NCBI GenBank assembly: GCA_038496445.1
Contig: JALMLS010000242.1
Span: 1-64,000 of the forward strand
Length of the DNA stretch: 64,000 bases
Origin: Trichosphaerium sp. ATCC 40318
Taxonomy: Eukaryota; Protista; Tubulinea
Direction of reading: 5' to 3'
The notes below the pieces were generated by a model. The model saw nothing but the letters and a program-made list of their open reading frames with translations, was not told where the DNA came from and made no database searches. The stretch's first letter is position 1. Each line of letters begins with the position of its first letter. The translations under genes were made by a program, and so were the position numbers. This document shows positions 37,195 through 48,907 of the stretch, one piece after another.

Positions 37195-38004
37195 TTTACT
37201 AGCAAAAGAAATCTAGAGCAATGATGACAAGAACTTGTTAACCAAATTGATGAATTGTAACTTGAGAGAGAGAACACATTGCTAATTCATCACCAACTCA
37301 ATAAATAAGCTTTTATTTGTCCAAGCGTTACGGTTCTGGTTTTGTGTGTACTGACTAATTAAATAAAATTGGTTGTGCCTTGTCAATCGATAAATATTTC
37401 GTAGCTTGGACAATTGCGTGGATGACCGCACTTCACGTGTACTACTAAGAAATACATCTGTGGTGTTATTAACTAAAGAGCAGAGGAGCAATACTTAGAC
37501 GACTGAAGCGAATCTTGCTCACTTGGGATTTGAATCAGTGCCAAGTGATTGTCAGTTTTGTGGAAATGCATGTTGTAATGCGACAAAAAGACATAGTGAA
37601 AAAATGGTTCTTAGTTTTTTCGTAGTTTTTGCCTTTCAACATCGTGATTTATTCATATTTACCTGTTACATTACCTGTATTATGAGGGATACACAGTCTG
37701 AATATACAGTGGAGTCTAGAAAGGAGGAACAAAGGCTATAAAAAAAGTACAAAGTACACAATGCCTTGTTTTACTTCAGTAAACGTCAAAAATCAGCTAA
37801 AGTTCCCTTTTTCATTGGGAACCCGTAACTCTTTGCAAATTTCTCATCACATTGACTACGCCAAGAACGAGATCTGGATGACCTTAAGCAATGGCAGCCG
37901 CCATTCACGCAATCAATTGGGAAAAGTGGTTGAAAATTTCTTTTGTTGACTTAATTCAAAGTTTAAGTCTGGTAGTCGACAGGAAGCTTTACAATCGACA
38001 CATT

Positions 38005-38782
38005 ATGACTTTCTTAGGCTTCACCAATACCGAAATGTTCAATATAACTCATTTGGCACTAATTCCATGGCTTACAATGGTTTTTTTGCCTAGATGGCGT
38101 TATACACGTCGTATTGTGTTTAGCTTTGCTCTTTTCTTCTCTGTGTGCTATTTAGTGCTTATTGGAAACGTTTTCATGCAAGGAGGCATTGAGAAGTTTA
38201 CAAGCATGATGCAGGACTTCACATCGCTCAAAGTACGACAAAAACAAGGTAAAACGATAAAACCCACAAGCATTTTAGGGAATCTCAGCTCTATTCAAAA
38301 ATGAGGACGTCGTATTCATTGGTACGTATAATAGACACTAAAACTAGTAGTTTTAAACCAAAAAGAATCAAAAAGGTTGACGTTTAGACTAAATATGCTT
38401 ATTTACAAAAAGGTTGGCTTCATTACCTCGCCTTTGATCTTTGGACAGGTGTTTGGATTTTATTCGATTCTCAAGCAAACCAGATCCCTCATCTACTCAC
38501 TGTCGTGTGTTTGTTCTTTACTCTCATGTTTGGACCTGTTGGATTCGTACTTTACGTAGTACTAAGGTAACAAAGGAGTAAACTTTTTGATTTTTTTTTC
38601 TTCGAGAAAAAAACGAGAAAAATTGATGATCGTAAAACGTTTTTTTTTTTTTGGACTTTTTTTGCGCCTTAGGTTTAGTGTGTTTCTCTGCTTTATGTTT
38701 TTGATGAAGCTGTTTATGTTATCTTACTAACTTATATAGATTCTTATTTGGCAGTCAACCTATGAGAACTAAACTTGAATAA
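38005..38782 (+). CDS. ABA4-like (DUF4281) membrane protein
   Basis: PWLTMVFLPRWRYT; FTSLK|GISALF; GWLHYLAFDLWTG; TLMFGPVGFVLY. Confidence 0.88.
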
Positions 38783-39503
38783 CTCCTAAAAAAAAACTTG
38801 TAAGTTTTTGAGTTAATTAATAAACACGTGATCGAAATGAGTCTTTTTTTTGAATTTCGTTTATTATTCGCTAGATATTGATAACAACTTAGTACATGTA
38901 CAAGTTAACACTATATTTTTGTAAGTCCATCAAACCAAAAAACAAATTTTATTTATGTTCCGTACAACAACCATTGAAAAGAGGTTTTCAGACTCCTTTG
39001 GGAATTACAAAGAAAGTGTCAACTTCTTATTGACAACCAGTTGACTTGAATTGTAACTTATTCAACTCCAACGACCGTCAAAGAAGAATGAAAGAAGGAT
39101 TTTTTTCTGAAATTAGTACTTACACATTTTAAGTTCTCCTATCAATGTCAGGACTGTTTTAAAGAAAATGCTTTATTGTTTATCTCGATTACATTGATAA
39201 ATGTGGTGTTGTGTCTTGTATTGTCTCGTTTATGCCCATACCAATATGAAAAGTAGGTCGGTTGACGATATCTAGCAAATTGTTTGCCTTTTGTAGCTTT
39301 GGAAATTTCGGTAGTTTTGCACTCCGCACCTCACGATAGAGCCTTGATGCCAGCAAAACTAGTGTGTAAAATTGAATTTACCATGTAGCACTAGTTGCAA
39401 CAGCCTACTCTTTGAAAAAACCTTTGACTCATAATGGAAAAGCGACGTCGCTTTTTCAGTTAATGGAAAAACGTAAAAATAAACTCAACACAAACTGTGT
39501 ACA

Positions 39504-40829
39504 ATGGGAAGCTCTATTGCCAAGCTTTTTGAGCCTGAACCATCTAGAATATACATGACAGGCTTAGATGCTGCTGGAAAGGTAATAATAACTAATTCTG
39601 CTGCAAATAACTCATTATACGTAGACTACTATCCTATACGCGATGAAAGTATGTTTAGGGAGTATAAAGACAAAAATAACAATTTTATAGCTTGGTGAGA
39701 TAGAAACGACAATACCTACTATTGGTTGGAATGTAGAGAGCGTAAAGTACAGGAATACACAGTTTATGGTTTGGGATTGTACGTTAACGAAATGTTTTGG
39801 TTGAAATTGATTTAAAACACCTTTATACGCTTGATATATGTTTATTTATTCTGTTTTAGGCGGAAGAACACCTGTACGTGTATTATTAACAGAGTTTGCT
39901 TGAAAAATCCAAAAAAAGAACCCCGCTTGGTTTTGTTGATTCGTATTTTTTAGATGCGGTACTTATGGAGAACCGAGTATAGAAAAGGTACTTTTGTGGA
40001 TTTTTGTGGATTATAAGTAGTTTTTGTGTGGATTTTCGTTTTCGTTTTTTTCTTTGTTCAGCACGTGCTGTATACACTCTTTATCAAATTGAATTGTGAA
40101 AATAGATTTATTACTTGCACCTTGAGTGTTATTTGTGAAACTGAATCCCATGAGTTGCGGGGAGTGAAGAAAACAAACACTTCCATTTTTTTTTTCGCAT
40201 TTTTTTTGTTGGTTTGTACATTTAGTAGCTGCAAGTGCGTTTAATCTAAAACAATTGTAGGTGTTTCTGCAGTAATTTACGTCATTGATTCAAATGATAG
40301 ACACCGTATTGATGAAGTCAAGTCGATGATACAACAAGATGCAGAGTATTTTAAAGAAGAATTTAAAGATGCTCCGATGCTCTTTTTCATGAATAAGCAA
40401 GGTATATACCAACGTCTTATACACCTTAAAAACTCATTAATTCATGTGAATAGATTTACCAAATGCAATGAGTCCAGAAGAGGTAAGGGCGGTGTTGAGA
40501 ATCAGAATTTTCATGGTTTTTTTTTCGTGGCCGTTTGCTAAAAGTCTGTCAAGGTTGCTAAGGCTGTTGGTCTAAATGAGGTAAAAGATAGAGTATACAG
40601 AGTTCAAGGTTGCTGTGCTACAAGCCGTAAAGGCATATACGAGGTACGCTCAGCGATAAAATGATAGGAATTGGCAACCATCAAACATATTGTTATTTTC
40701 AACGAGCTGTATGACGCTGTTGTGATTATATTATTATATTACTCTGTTTTTTGCGATTTTCTCATGTTATTATAGGGCTTAGAATGGCTTAGCGATGTAC
40801 TAAATAAGAAAGAAAATGTTCATAGTTAA
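39504..40829 (+). CDS. Arf-family small GTPase with divergent switch II
   Basis: MGSSIAKLF; GLDAAGK|TTILY; [13 protein letters not shown]; VWD; VIDSND; MNKQ|DL; [11 protein letters not shown]|GLEWL. Confidence 0.92.
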
Positions 40830-40865
40830 TAGTAAGATGTATTGTTACTTTCAATAAAAAGTATA

Positions 40866-43352
40866 TTAGTTAGTATTTGTTACAACTGGCTGCTTCTCAC
40901 ATGCCTGCTTCACTAAAGTAACCGTCATGTGAAGTTACCAGCCTTTCAATTTGTAGGCATTGTGTGGGATACCCTCTCACAATAATACTGAGATAATTCA
41001 CCACACCGACTTTATTTAAAAATGGGCATTTGCTACTTATTTCCACCAATGAAATGTGGGAATAAGTGCTCATTGATGATATATCATCAATGTACTTTGG
41101 TTTTTGTTGTTGTTTTTACTAAACAGAATGTTCGAATATAGATTATTTCGAGCGTACTCTGATCTCAACAAATTGACTTTAGCAAAACGATTAACTATGG
41201 CAAGCAACAAAACAACCAAAACTACACGAGTATTATAGTACAAGGGTGCGTTAGAGCCACTAGATGTTGATTTCTTCCTCCTAATCGCGTATTTTGAGAT
41301 GAGGTGTTAGGGAACGAATGATCTTATGTGAGGGATCTACGTACAAAATCGTAGTACTTCATGACAACAAGCAGTTATTGCTGCCAAAACAAGACACCTG
41401 TAAGTGAAATCACTAAAGAAACTACTACAAAATCAAGTTTATTGTGATAATCTTCTTACACAACGTTCTCTATCAACAAACGCTGGTGCTGGAGGATTGA
41501 AATTAAAAGCAGATAAACCAAAGCTTACTGGAGCATCAATAGCCATCACAGTTACAGCATCCGTACTGATATCAACAGAGATATAACGTCCATCTAGGCA
41601 TGATCCGATTAAAGTACTTGTTGATACTGATGTTAAACCTAGACAAGAAGCAACCCATGAGTTACAGGCAGATCAAGCTTTTATGACTTACCTACGATAG
41701 CACAACCCTGTGTATCAATTGTGCGTTGTGATGCACATGATCCAGAAAGAAAATCAGGCAATACTTCCAAAAAAGGAGAAGGAAGGTATAGAACACCATC
41801 AACAATTTCTCCTGTTGATAAAAAAACAAAGTTAGAAAAAACAAAAACTAAAACAAACAATAGAAAAACACGTGCCACTTATCCCAACAGATGGTTCATC
41901 ATTGCAAACAAAACTAAATTTACATGTTTCTAAATCAAATTCGTAAGCAAATGGTCCTGGAACCTCTGCGAATATTCGACCACTCTCTTTATCTATCATC
42001 AGCGCATCAATTCGAAGACTGCTCGTACATCTTTTGTCCTAAGAATGGAAAAAACTAAGAAATCTATGTGGCTTTTAAAAGTATGCTATCGTACAATTTC
42101 ACAAGTGTAAGGATTGATTGAAAATAGCTCTTGGTTCATATTAACATACAATACTCTATCGAATACAGTACTGTACTCCATTGCTGATGGCTGTGTCATC
42201 AATTCTGGGATATCACATGCTAATACTATGTTTTAGTGGATGTTTCATTTCAAATCAAAGAAATTCGTGCTTTGTATAATCTCGTTTGTGTTTGAAAGTA
42301 ATCGATAGTCAAAGCCTGGCAATGGATGTTTTGATGTAATTAGAGTATCAATCACACCTCCTTGAGGAGCTATTGTTGGAGGTGGCGTTGGCATGACTGG
42401 TGCAACAGGTGGTGTTGTTGTTTCATCTGGAGGTGGTGGTGTTGCCTCATAGAATATTGTAGTAATGGCGTTAGTTAGAGGTAATGATGTTGTAAGCACA
42501 GTCATTGTTGAGGTAGCAATGTCTAGACTAAAATAGCTACCAACAGGGGTAGACGAGCCAATAATTTGATTATCTGATACTGCGGTAATATCTAGGTAAC
42601 AGATACTAAGATAAAAACAACTAGTAAATGTTATGTACCAGCAAAAAAAGCTAGTAATGTTAAAGGATATTCCACGAATTGAGTGGCAATGCAAGATGAA
42701 GGGCCTGTCAAAGGTAATAGCCATTCTCACAAATCCTAGAACATATATTGTATCCCCAATGATCTCAACTATGCAACAATTGAATTAGGAAAAAAGAAAA
42801 CGATAATCAACAAAAACTCACTGCCACTAGCAAAACCTCCAAGATTTGTCAAGTCTACCCGACAAAAATGACAAAATGAGCAATCTGTTGGATCTATCTG
42901 TGCAATATCACCGTTCATAGTAATGCCATATAGTACTTGTGTCACCTTATCAAGAGCAATGTGTTGAAAGTCAAAGGGCAAAGCACAAGAACTCTACAAA
43001 AGTAATAAAAAAGACTTCTCTGTTACAATCGGTACCTTTACTCCACACGTGCGTGGATCTACCTCAAGCAAGCTGAGTAGCTCTTTTATAAATATTGTAC
43101 GTGTTGAAGGAGAATAAGACATAGATACTGGCGACTGAGTAAAGGTTGGGATGCCACAGGCTAAACAAAGAGATTAGATTAAGCGAGTTTCGAGAAATCG
43201 TCTGTACTGCGTAGAACATCTGTTGGATCAGCTATTGACCTTATTTCAAACCCCGCAGTCTGACCGTTGATGACATACGCGTTGATCTCTTGGCAGAGTG
43301 TGTATGGCAAAAATAAGGATAGAACGAGGAATAAGAAAGGTGTTGCGTTCAT
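40866..43352 (-). CDS. Multi-exon secreted protein with beta-rich repeats and a Pro/Thr linker; function unknown
   Basis: Signal peptide MNATPFLFLVLSLFLPYTLC; propeller-like segments (IALDKVTQVLYGITMNGDIAQIDPT); PPPPDETTTPP linker. The 3' end is approximate. Confidence 0.6.
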
Positions 43353-44011
43353 TGCGTTTGTTTGCGTAAGCCTTCATTTTTGACCATTCTGTTAACAACA
43401 AATCTCTAGATGTCACGTGATTTATTTTAAACCGAGAAACAGCTCGCAAATTAACCAAGATCTCTAGCAATCACGTAAATTGTTTTAACGAAGTGCATCT
43501 AGTGCCTTTACAAATGAGTGTCGCGTACTAACCACTACGCTATACAAAACGTATTAACACACTCACTCTGGAGTATGGTGGAACCTTATACGACATGAGA
43601 AACGTCAAACGAGAATGTCCTGCAGGAATCAATCATGTAATATAAACCTTCAGTTACAAATGATTAAGGCTTTTAGCTGGTGTTCACACACTAAATAGTG
43701 GTTGCCTTGTCTCTGATGATGGTGTTAGTGCAATTCTTGGCACTCATACTTAACTATTAATAATACAAGTGCGGATGTAATTATGGGAATACTTCGACGC
43801 CATAGAATTTGTGACACAATAGCTACGTTTAACTGGAGATTTGAGATGACTCCAGTAGTCTCTAGAAAGACGGACAGGTGAATATAAGAGCCCGTAACCT
43901 GACCTCGAGCTGTATTTAATAACAAGTGTCATTGGCTTAACTTAAGTTGATTTTGATTAAGGTGTTCACGTGATTTACAAAAACTACATAACTTGGTTGG
44001 TACAGAGTAAA

Positions 44012-45754
44012 ATGGAATTATTAGAATCGCAAAACGTTCTTCCACCTATTTATTCTCTTCCGCTTGAAATTCTGGTAGAAATAGCTTGTTTATTAAAACT
44101 AGAAGAGCTCATTACACTACGACTTGTATGTAGGGTTTTACTAAAGTCAGCAGGGTTAACAAGTGTAATGAAGGCACGTGCAGTTCAAAAAAAAATAAAA
44201 CGCGCTTTGATTTTTTTTTAAGAAGGAACTGACGAGGATTTCTTGTTTTTAGGACTATTTGACGACATTCAAGGTTGAATTTCTGCATGAAAACCTACAA
44301 GACTCTGGAGATTCTTTGACAGGTCTTGCAGTGAGGAAAAACGGCGACGTAAGTCATTCTTTTACAAAAAAAGGAAAAAAAACAAACTTGTTTTTTTTGT
44401 AAGATCTATGCTCGTTGTTACGAGTATAATTATCAGTACAAAAGGTCTATATTTTATGCTTTCGTTATTAATAGGTTTTATCATCGTTAGGTCTACTGGG
44501 TAGATGCTACACATCATAGGATTTTTAAATTTTGTATTAAAACGTGGAAAACACTTCTTGTCACTGGTGAGCGCGATTATAAGCATACAGGCACGTGATG
44601 GTGTTTTTTTTTCAAGAATTCGAAACGTTAAAAATTATATAATTTCAACACGTGACATCTCACGTGAAATGTTCGAGCGATAATTGATGTTTTTGTTATT
44701 TTCTTTAAATTGTGTTAAGATAGTTGACAGGTTTGCAAAACGGTCCTCTGGAGCAAGCGACGTTTCGAAATCCTAATGCATTGATATTTGATAAAGATGA
44801 TAACTTACTTGTTGTTGACTACAGACATCATCAAATACGCAAGATAAACTTCAAAACTGGAATGTGCGTTTTGTTTTGATGTTCATTTTTTTTTTTGCTC
44901 TTTATAGACTCGCATGGCATCATGTATTTTACTGAGTGTTATGGTTCCTTAACATATAAATTTATAGGGTCGAATCATTAGTTGGAAGCGACTCAGGTTA
45001 CCTAAACGGTAAAAGAGAAACAGCTTTATTGAATGGTCCAGAAAGTTTTTGTTGGGACAGCAATGGCAACTTAATTATTGCCGATAATGGCAATGGGTGC
45101 ATACGCCAAGTACGTGATTATATAATCCAAACAATCACATACTCATTATTTAAAACTATCACATGCTTAGCACGTGTTATATATAAGTTGTATTCGACAC
45201 TTCTGATATCTGTGTAGCTCTCAAACAATGGAGTTGTTTCAACAATTGCAGGGAATCCAGGGAAGGATAGGACACACCTTGATGGGAAAGGTCAACACGC
45301 TGAGTTCTCATTACCTCACTCTATAACATGCGATTCAAGAAAAGGATCTAATAGACTTTATATACTAGATACAGTCCGTATAGCTAAAAAGAAGAGTCTT
45401 TGTCAAATCAATACTTCAGGAAATGTTAAAACAGTTGTTAACGGAAACTCTCACCCGGACTTTTGTTGGCCTTATGACGTCACTTGTGATGATAAAGGGA
45501 ACTTATATATAGGTGAGAGTACAGGTGTATGGAAGTATTATACAGAAACAGGAGACTTATTCAGACTACGTACAAGTGTGCAGATTTATTCGATTTATTC
45601 GATAGTTTATTTTCCACCTAAAAAAAAGATTTATCTTTCTGGTACAAAGACAAGGGACGGTGGTGCTTACTTTTTAATGACTATTGATGTCAGCCATTAC
45701 AAACGAAATGAAGAACGTCTAGATTTTGGTAAGAAACGTGAAGATGATCGTTGA
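44012..45754 (+). CDS. F-box + NHL-repeat beta-propeller protein
   Basis: F-box IYSLPLEILVEIACLL...LRLVCR; NHL repeats NGPLEQATFRNPNALIFDKDDNLLVVD, LNGPESFCWDSNGNLIIADNGNGCIR, VSTIAG, DGKGQHAEFSLPHSI. Confidence 0.9.
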
Positions 45755-46333
45755 ATAGAGATCACGTGTTTTTTTAACTGGTTAAAAAAAGCAAGACCAA
45801 AAAAGTTTGATGGACTAAGTGTCGACTTTGTAATTGTAGTGTTGATGTTATACACAAAATAAATCAGCCCACATTGTAGAAGAGATCTAGAATTCATTTT
45901 TTTGCGTTAATTTGGTATCCACTTTTCCTGCGCAACAGCTCAGTCTTTACCAATAAATGTAGTGAAATTAAGGTTCTTATCACAGCGTAGTTACTGGTGT
46001 TAATGAACAATAATGGAATAGTCTGTGTTACATCCATGTTATCAATGGTTATCCTTTGATAAGCAAAGAGCAACCTATTAATGTGTACGATTTTACTATG
46101 CATCTTTTACTTTATTTATTTCAAGCACTTAGTGGTATGAATTGAATGACACTATTAGGAATACTATTGAGGACAAATATCTTGATTATTTATTGAAGTC
46201 ATCTATTTTCGAATCTGAGGTTGAGAAGTCGCTTTTGTACCGGTCAAATAAAGTAAAATCACGTGGACTTACTAATTACGCACTAACATTCCTGTATCCC
46301 ATACAAAACGATTAAAGCCATTATTGTATCAAA

Positions 46334-47158
46334 ATGGAAGAAAATTACACCGAAGGCGTTAATCTGTACTTATTCGACCTGTTGGCGCTACCAGTTGAAG
46401 TAATAGTTCATATTCTTAAACAAGGAACTTATACGCTCCACTCAGCTCAAACATGCCGTCTGATGAGAGATATTGTAAGAAACCATGTTGGATATGGTCA
46501 TATCACTATTACCAACAAAAGCCAATTGAAGATGCTTTCAGGGAGTCCTTTATTGAAGAATACAGCCATCTGTTTGAATGATCTACCAATATATGATTGC
46601 CACTTGCGTTTACTTTCAGGTGTCCAAAGTATAAACTTGAGTGGTACATCAATAACTGATGAGGGCTTGAAGGCATTGTCAGGTGTACACACAATCAACC
46701 TTTCTAAATGTAAAATAACAGATGAAGGTGTCAAGATGTTAATAGGTGTACATACCATTAACTTGCATGCTTGTAAATTGATAACAGGTGATGGTATTAA
46801 AGCATTGGCTGGTGTACATACAATTAATTTGGGATCTACATATGTAACAGATGAAGGTCTGAAGTCATTGTCAGGCGTTCATACAATTAATTTGAGTGCT
46901 TGTAGATTGATAACAGATGAAGGTGTCAAGGCGTTGGCAGGTGTTCACACTATCAACTTGTTTGCTTGTAATTCAATAACAGGTGAAGGCATCAAGGCAT
47001 TGGCAGGTGTGTATGAAATTCGTTTGTCAGGTAAAGCTGGGACAGACGAAGGTTTAAAGTCTTTGGCAGGAGTGCACACTATCTTTATTTATAACCATTC
47101 AGTTACAAAAGAACATGTTAAGGCATTAACAGGTGCAACCAAAATACATTGTTTTTGA
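46334..47158 (+). CDS. Intronless F-box + LRR protein
   Basis: LLALPVEVIVHIL F-box; about 8 repeats of ITDEGxKALxGVHTINL. Paralog of the 36 kb gene. Confidence 0.88.
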   Translation: MEENYTEGVNLYLFDLLALPVEVIVHILKQGTYTLHSAQTCRLMRDIVRNHVGYGHITITNKSQLKMLSGSPLLKNTAICLNDLPIYDCHLRLLSGVQSINLSGTSITDEGLKALSGVHTINLSKCKITDEGVKMLIGVHTINLHACKLITGDGIKALAGVHTINLGSTYVTDEGLKSLSGVHTINLSACRLITDEGVKALAGVHTINLFACNSITGEGIKALAGVYEIRLSGKAGTDEGLKSLAGVHTIFIYNHSVTKEHVKALTGATKIHCF

Positions 47159-48907
47159 ATTGTAGCTCCCCACCTTTCACTTCAATAAACTCTTAATTAC
47201 TTCACGCTGTCTAACAATAGTTTTTTGGTACTTGGTAACTAACCATTTCCTTTTGCCCTTTTTAAGCAAGAAGTTTTATAATGTTGATCTCTGACGCCAA
47301 AGCATCATTCAGGTGACCCTAAATGACTTACATCAGGTGATATATAAAAACAGACAAAGGCTTTAAAAAGGAATGACATCGCATTGTAAAGCACTAAAAA
47401 TGTTGCCTGCTGTTGTTCTTTGTTTTGACAAAAAGTTTGTTTGGTTTCTTTTTTAGTAATATGTACATAACTGATACAAGCGACTATGTCTTCCCGTATT
47501 GCTGGTTATATGTTGAAGTTCTAGTATGGTTGCGTTTGTGGTTGCTTTGTAGTATTCAGAGCTTGAGGAAACTTGTGTTATTCTTTACTTTTGTTTGCAC
47601 AAGGAACCAGTTAGCGTCTTCAAAGTTATGTTGGCCCTTTACCTACATCTTCTACAATTGAGTTAGCCCTAGTTATCACAAAACGGCTGTTTTTACAACG
47701 ACGTTCAAGGACGCTATAAAGCGTAAAAACGTGATTTGAGAAAAATACATTGGAAAATAATCATTGATGCTGTCTCTTTGTGAACAGTTCTCATACAACA
47801 ATGACTAAATATGGCATGCTTTATTAGCAAACCAACAACGCCTTTTAAAAAACACTTTGAAAAAGTCTGTACACTTCAAGCCTAAAAACAACGCACATCA
47901 TCAACAGTTTTTTTGACTATAAATAATTTCTTAAGAGCATACACATAGTGGGTAGGGTAATGGAAATGACTGGACGATCTTTGTGACAGCGGACCGTATG
48001 GACCGTTTACGAACTGTTTTTTCGTTTCAGTCTGAGACCGTTATATTCTGATAACAGCTCTAAACCAGATGTCCAGTCAATAGCCATTTTTTAAGTATGA
48101 ACCAGTTCAGACCGTATTGTTCCAGTATTTCTTTGAATCGAACTTCTACTTTCGCTAAAAATTCAAAGGAAAAGTCAACCTTAATAAACACTCTCGTTTC
48201 ACCTTGTTCGTTGAACTATTTACAGTGTAACTAACTCTCGTACAACATTCTTCTTGGATTATTCTACAAAAAAAGAGACGATTATTGGCTATTGTACCGG
48301 TATTGTTATTTAATAGCACTTTCTTTGCGTTTGCATGGTTTAAGCTTAACTTTTCAGTTTTAGTTCGAAAATATCTCGAACTCGGTTTAATCTACCGTTC
48401 TGCGTTTAAATATGGCCAACATTGATAGTACAGACAACGGTAAGTGAAGCTCCTCAATTTTCAGCTCCATAAAAAAAAAAATTTGTCACGTGCCATTACG
48501 ATTTTCACGAGAAACGTTTCCGCTTTTCGGCGTGGGTTGCCCATTGCGAGAAAAATTCGCTGTAGCGTTTTTTGCACACAATTTTGGCGCTGTCACTAAA
48601 CAAACAAAAGTGTTTGGTTTAGTATGTCCGTGCATAGGCAAGGCAACCCACAAATTATTAAATCTTTTTGTGTAAAGACTTTTGAAAAGTCCAAAGAAGT
48701 TTTCTCACTGAAAAAAACCAATTAAAAACATTGTTTGGCATCACTTCGCGTAGAGGATGCTACATAGGCATTTTTTCAACTTTTTGCACAAAGTGAGGGA
48801 ATCGCAAGAAACTCAAAAGTACTTTTTCGTAACCCATACTTTTTCGTGATATATTCAAAGCCTAAAAGATTTTTCTTTACTTAGTTGTGCTTATTTTACT
48901 CACAAAG

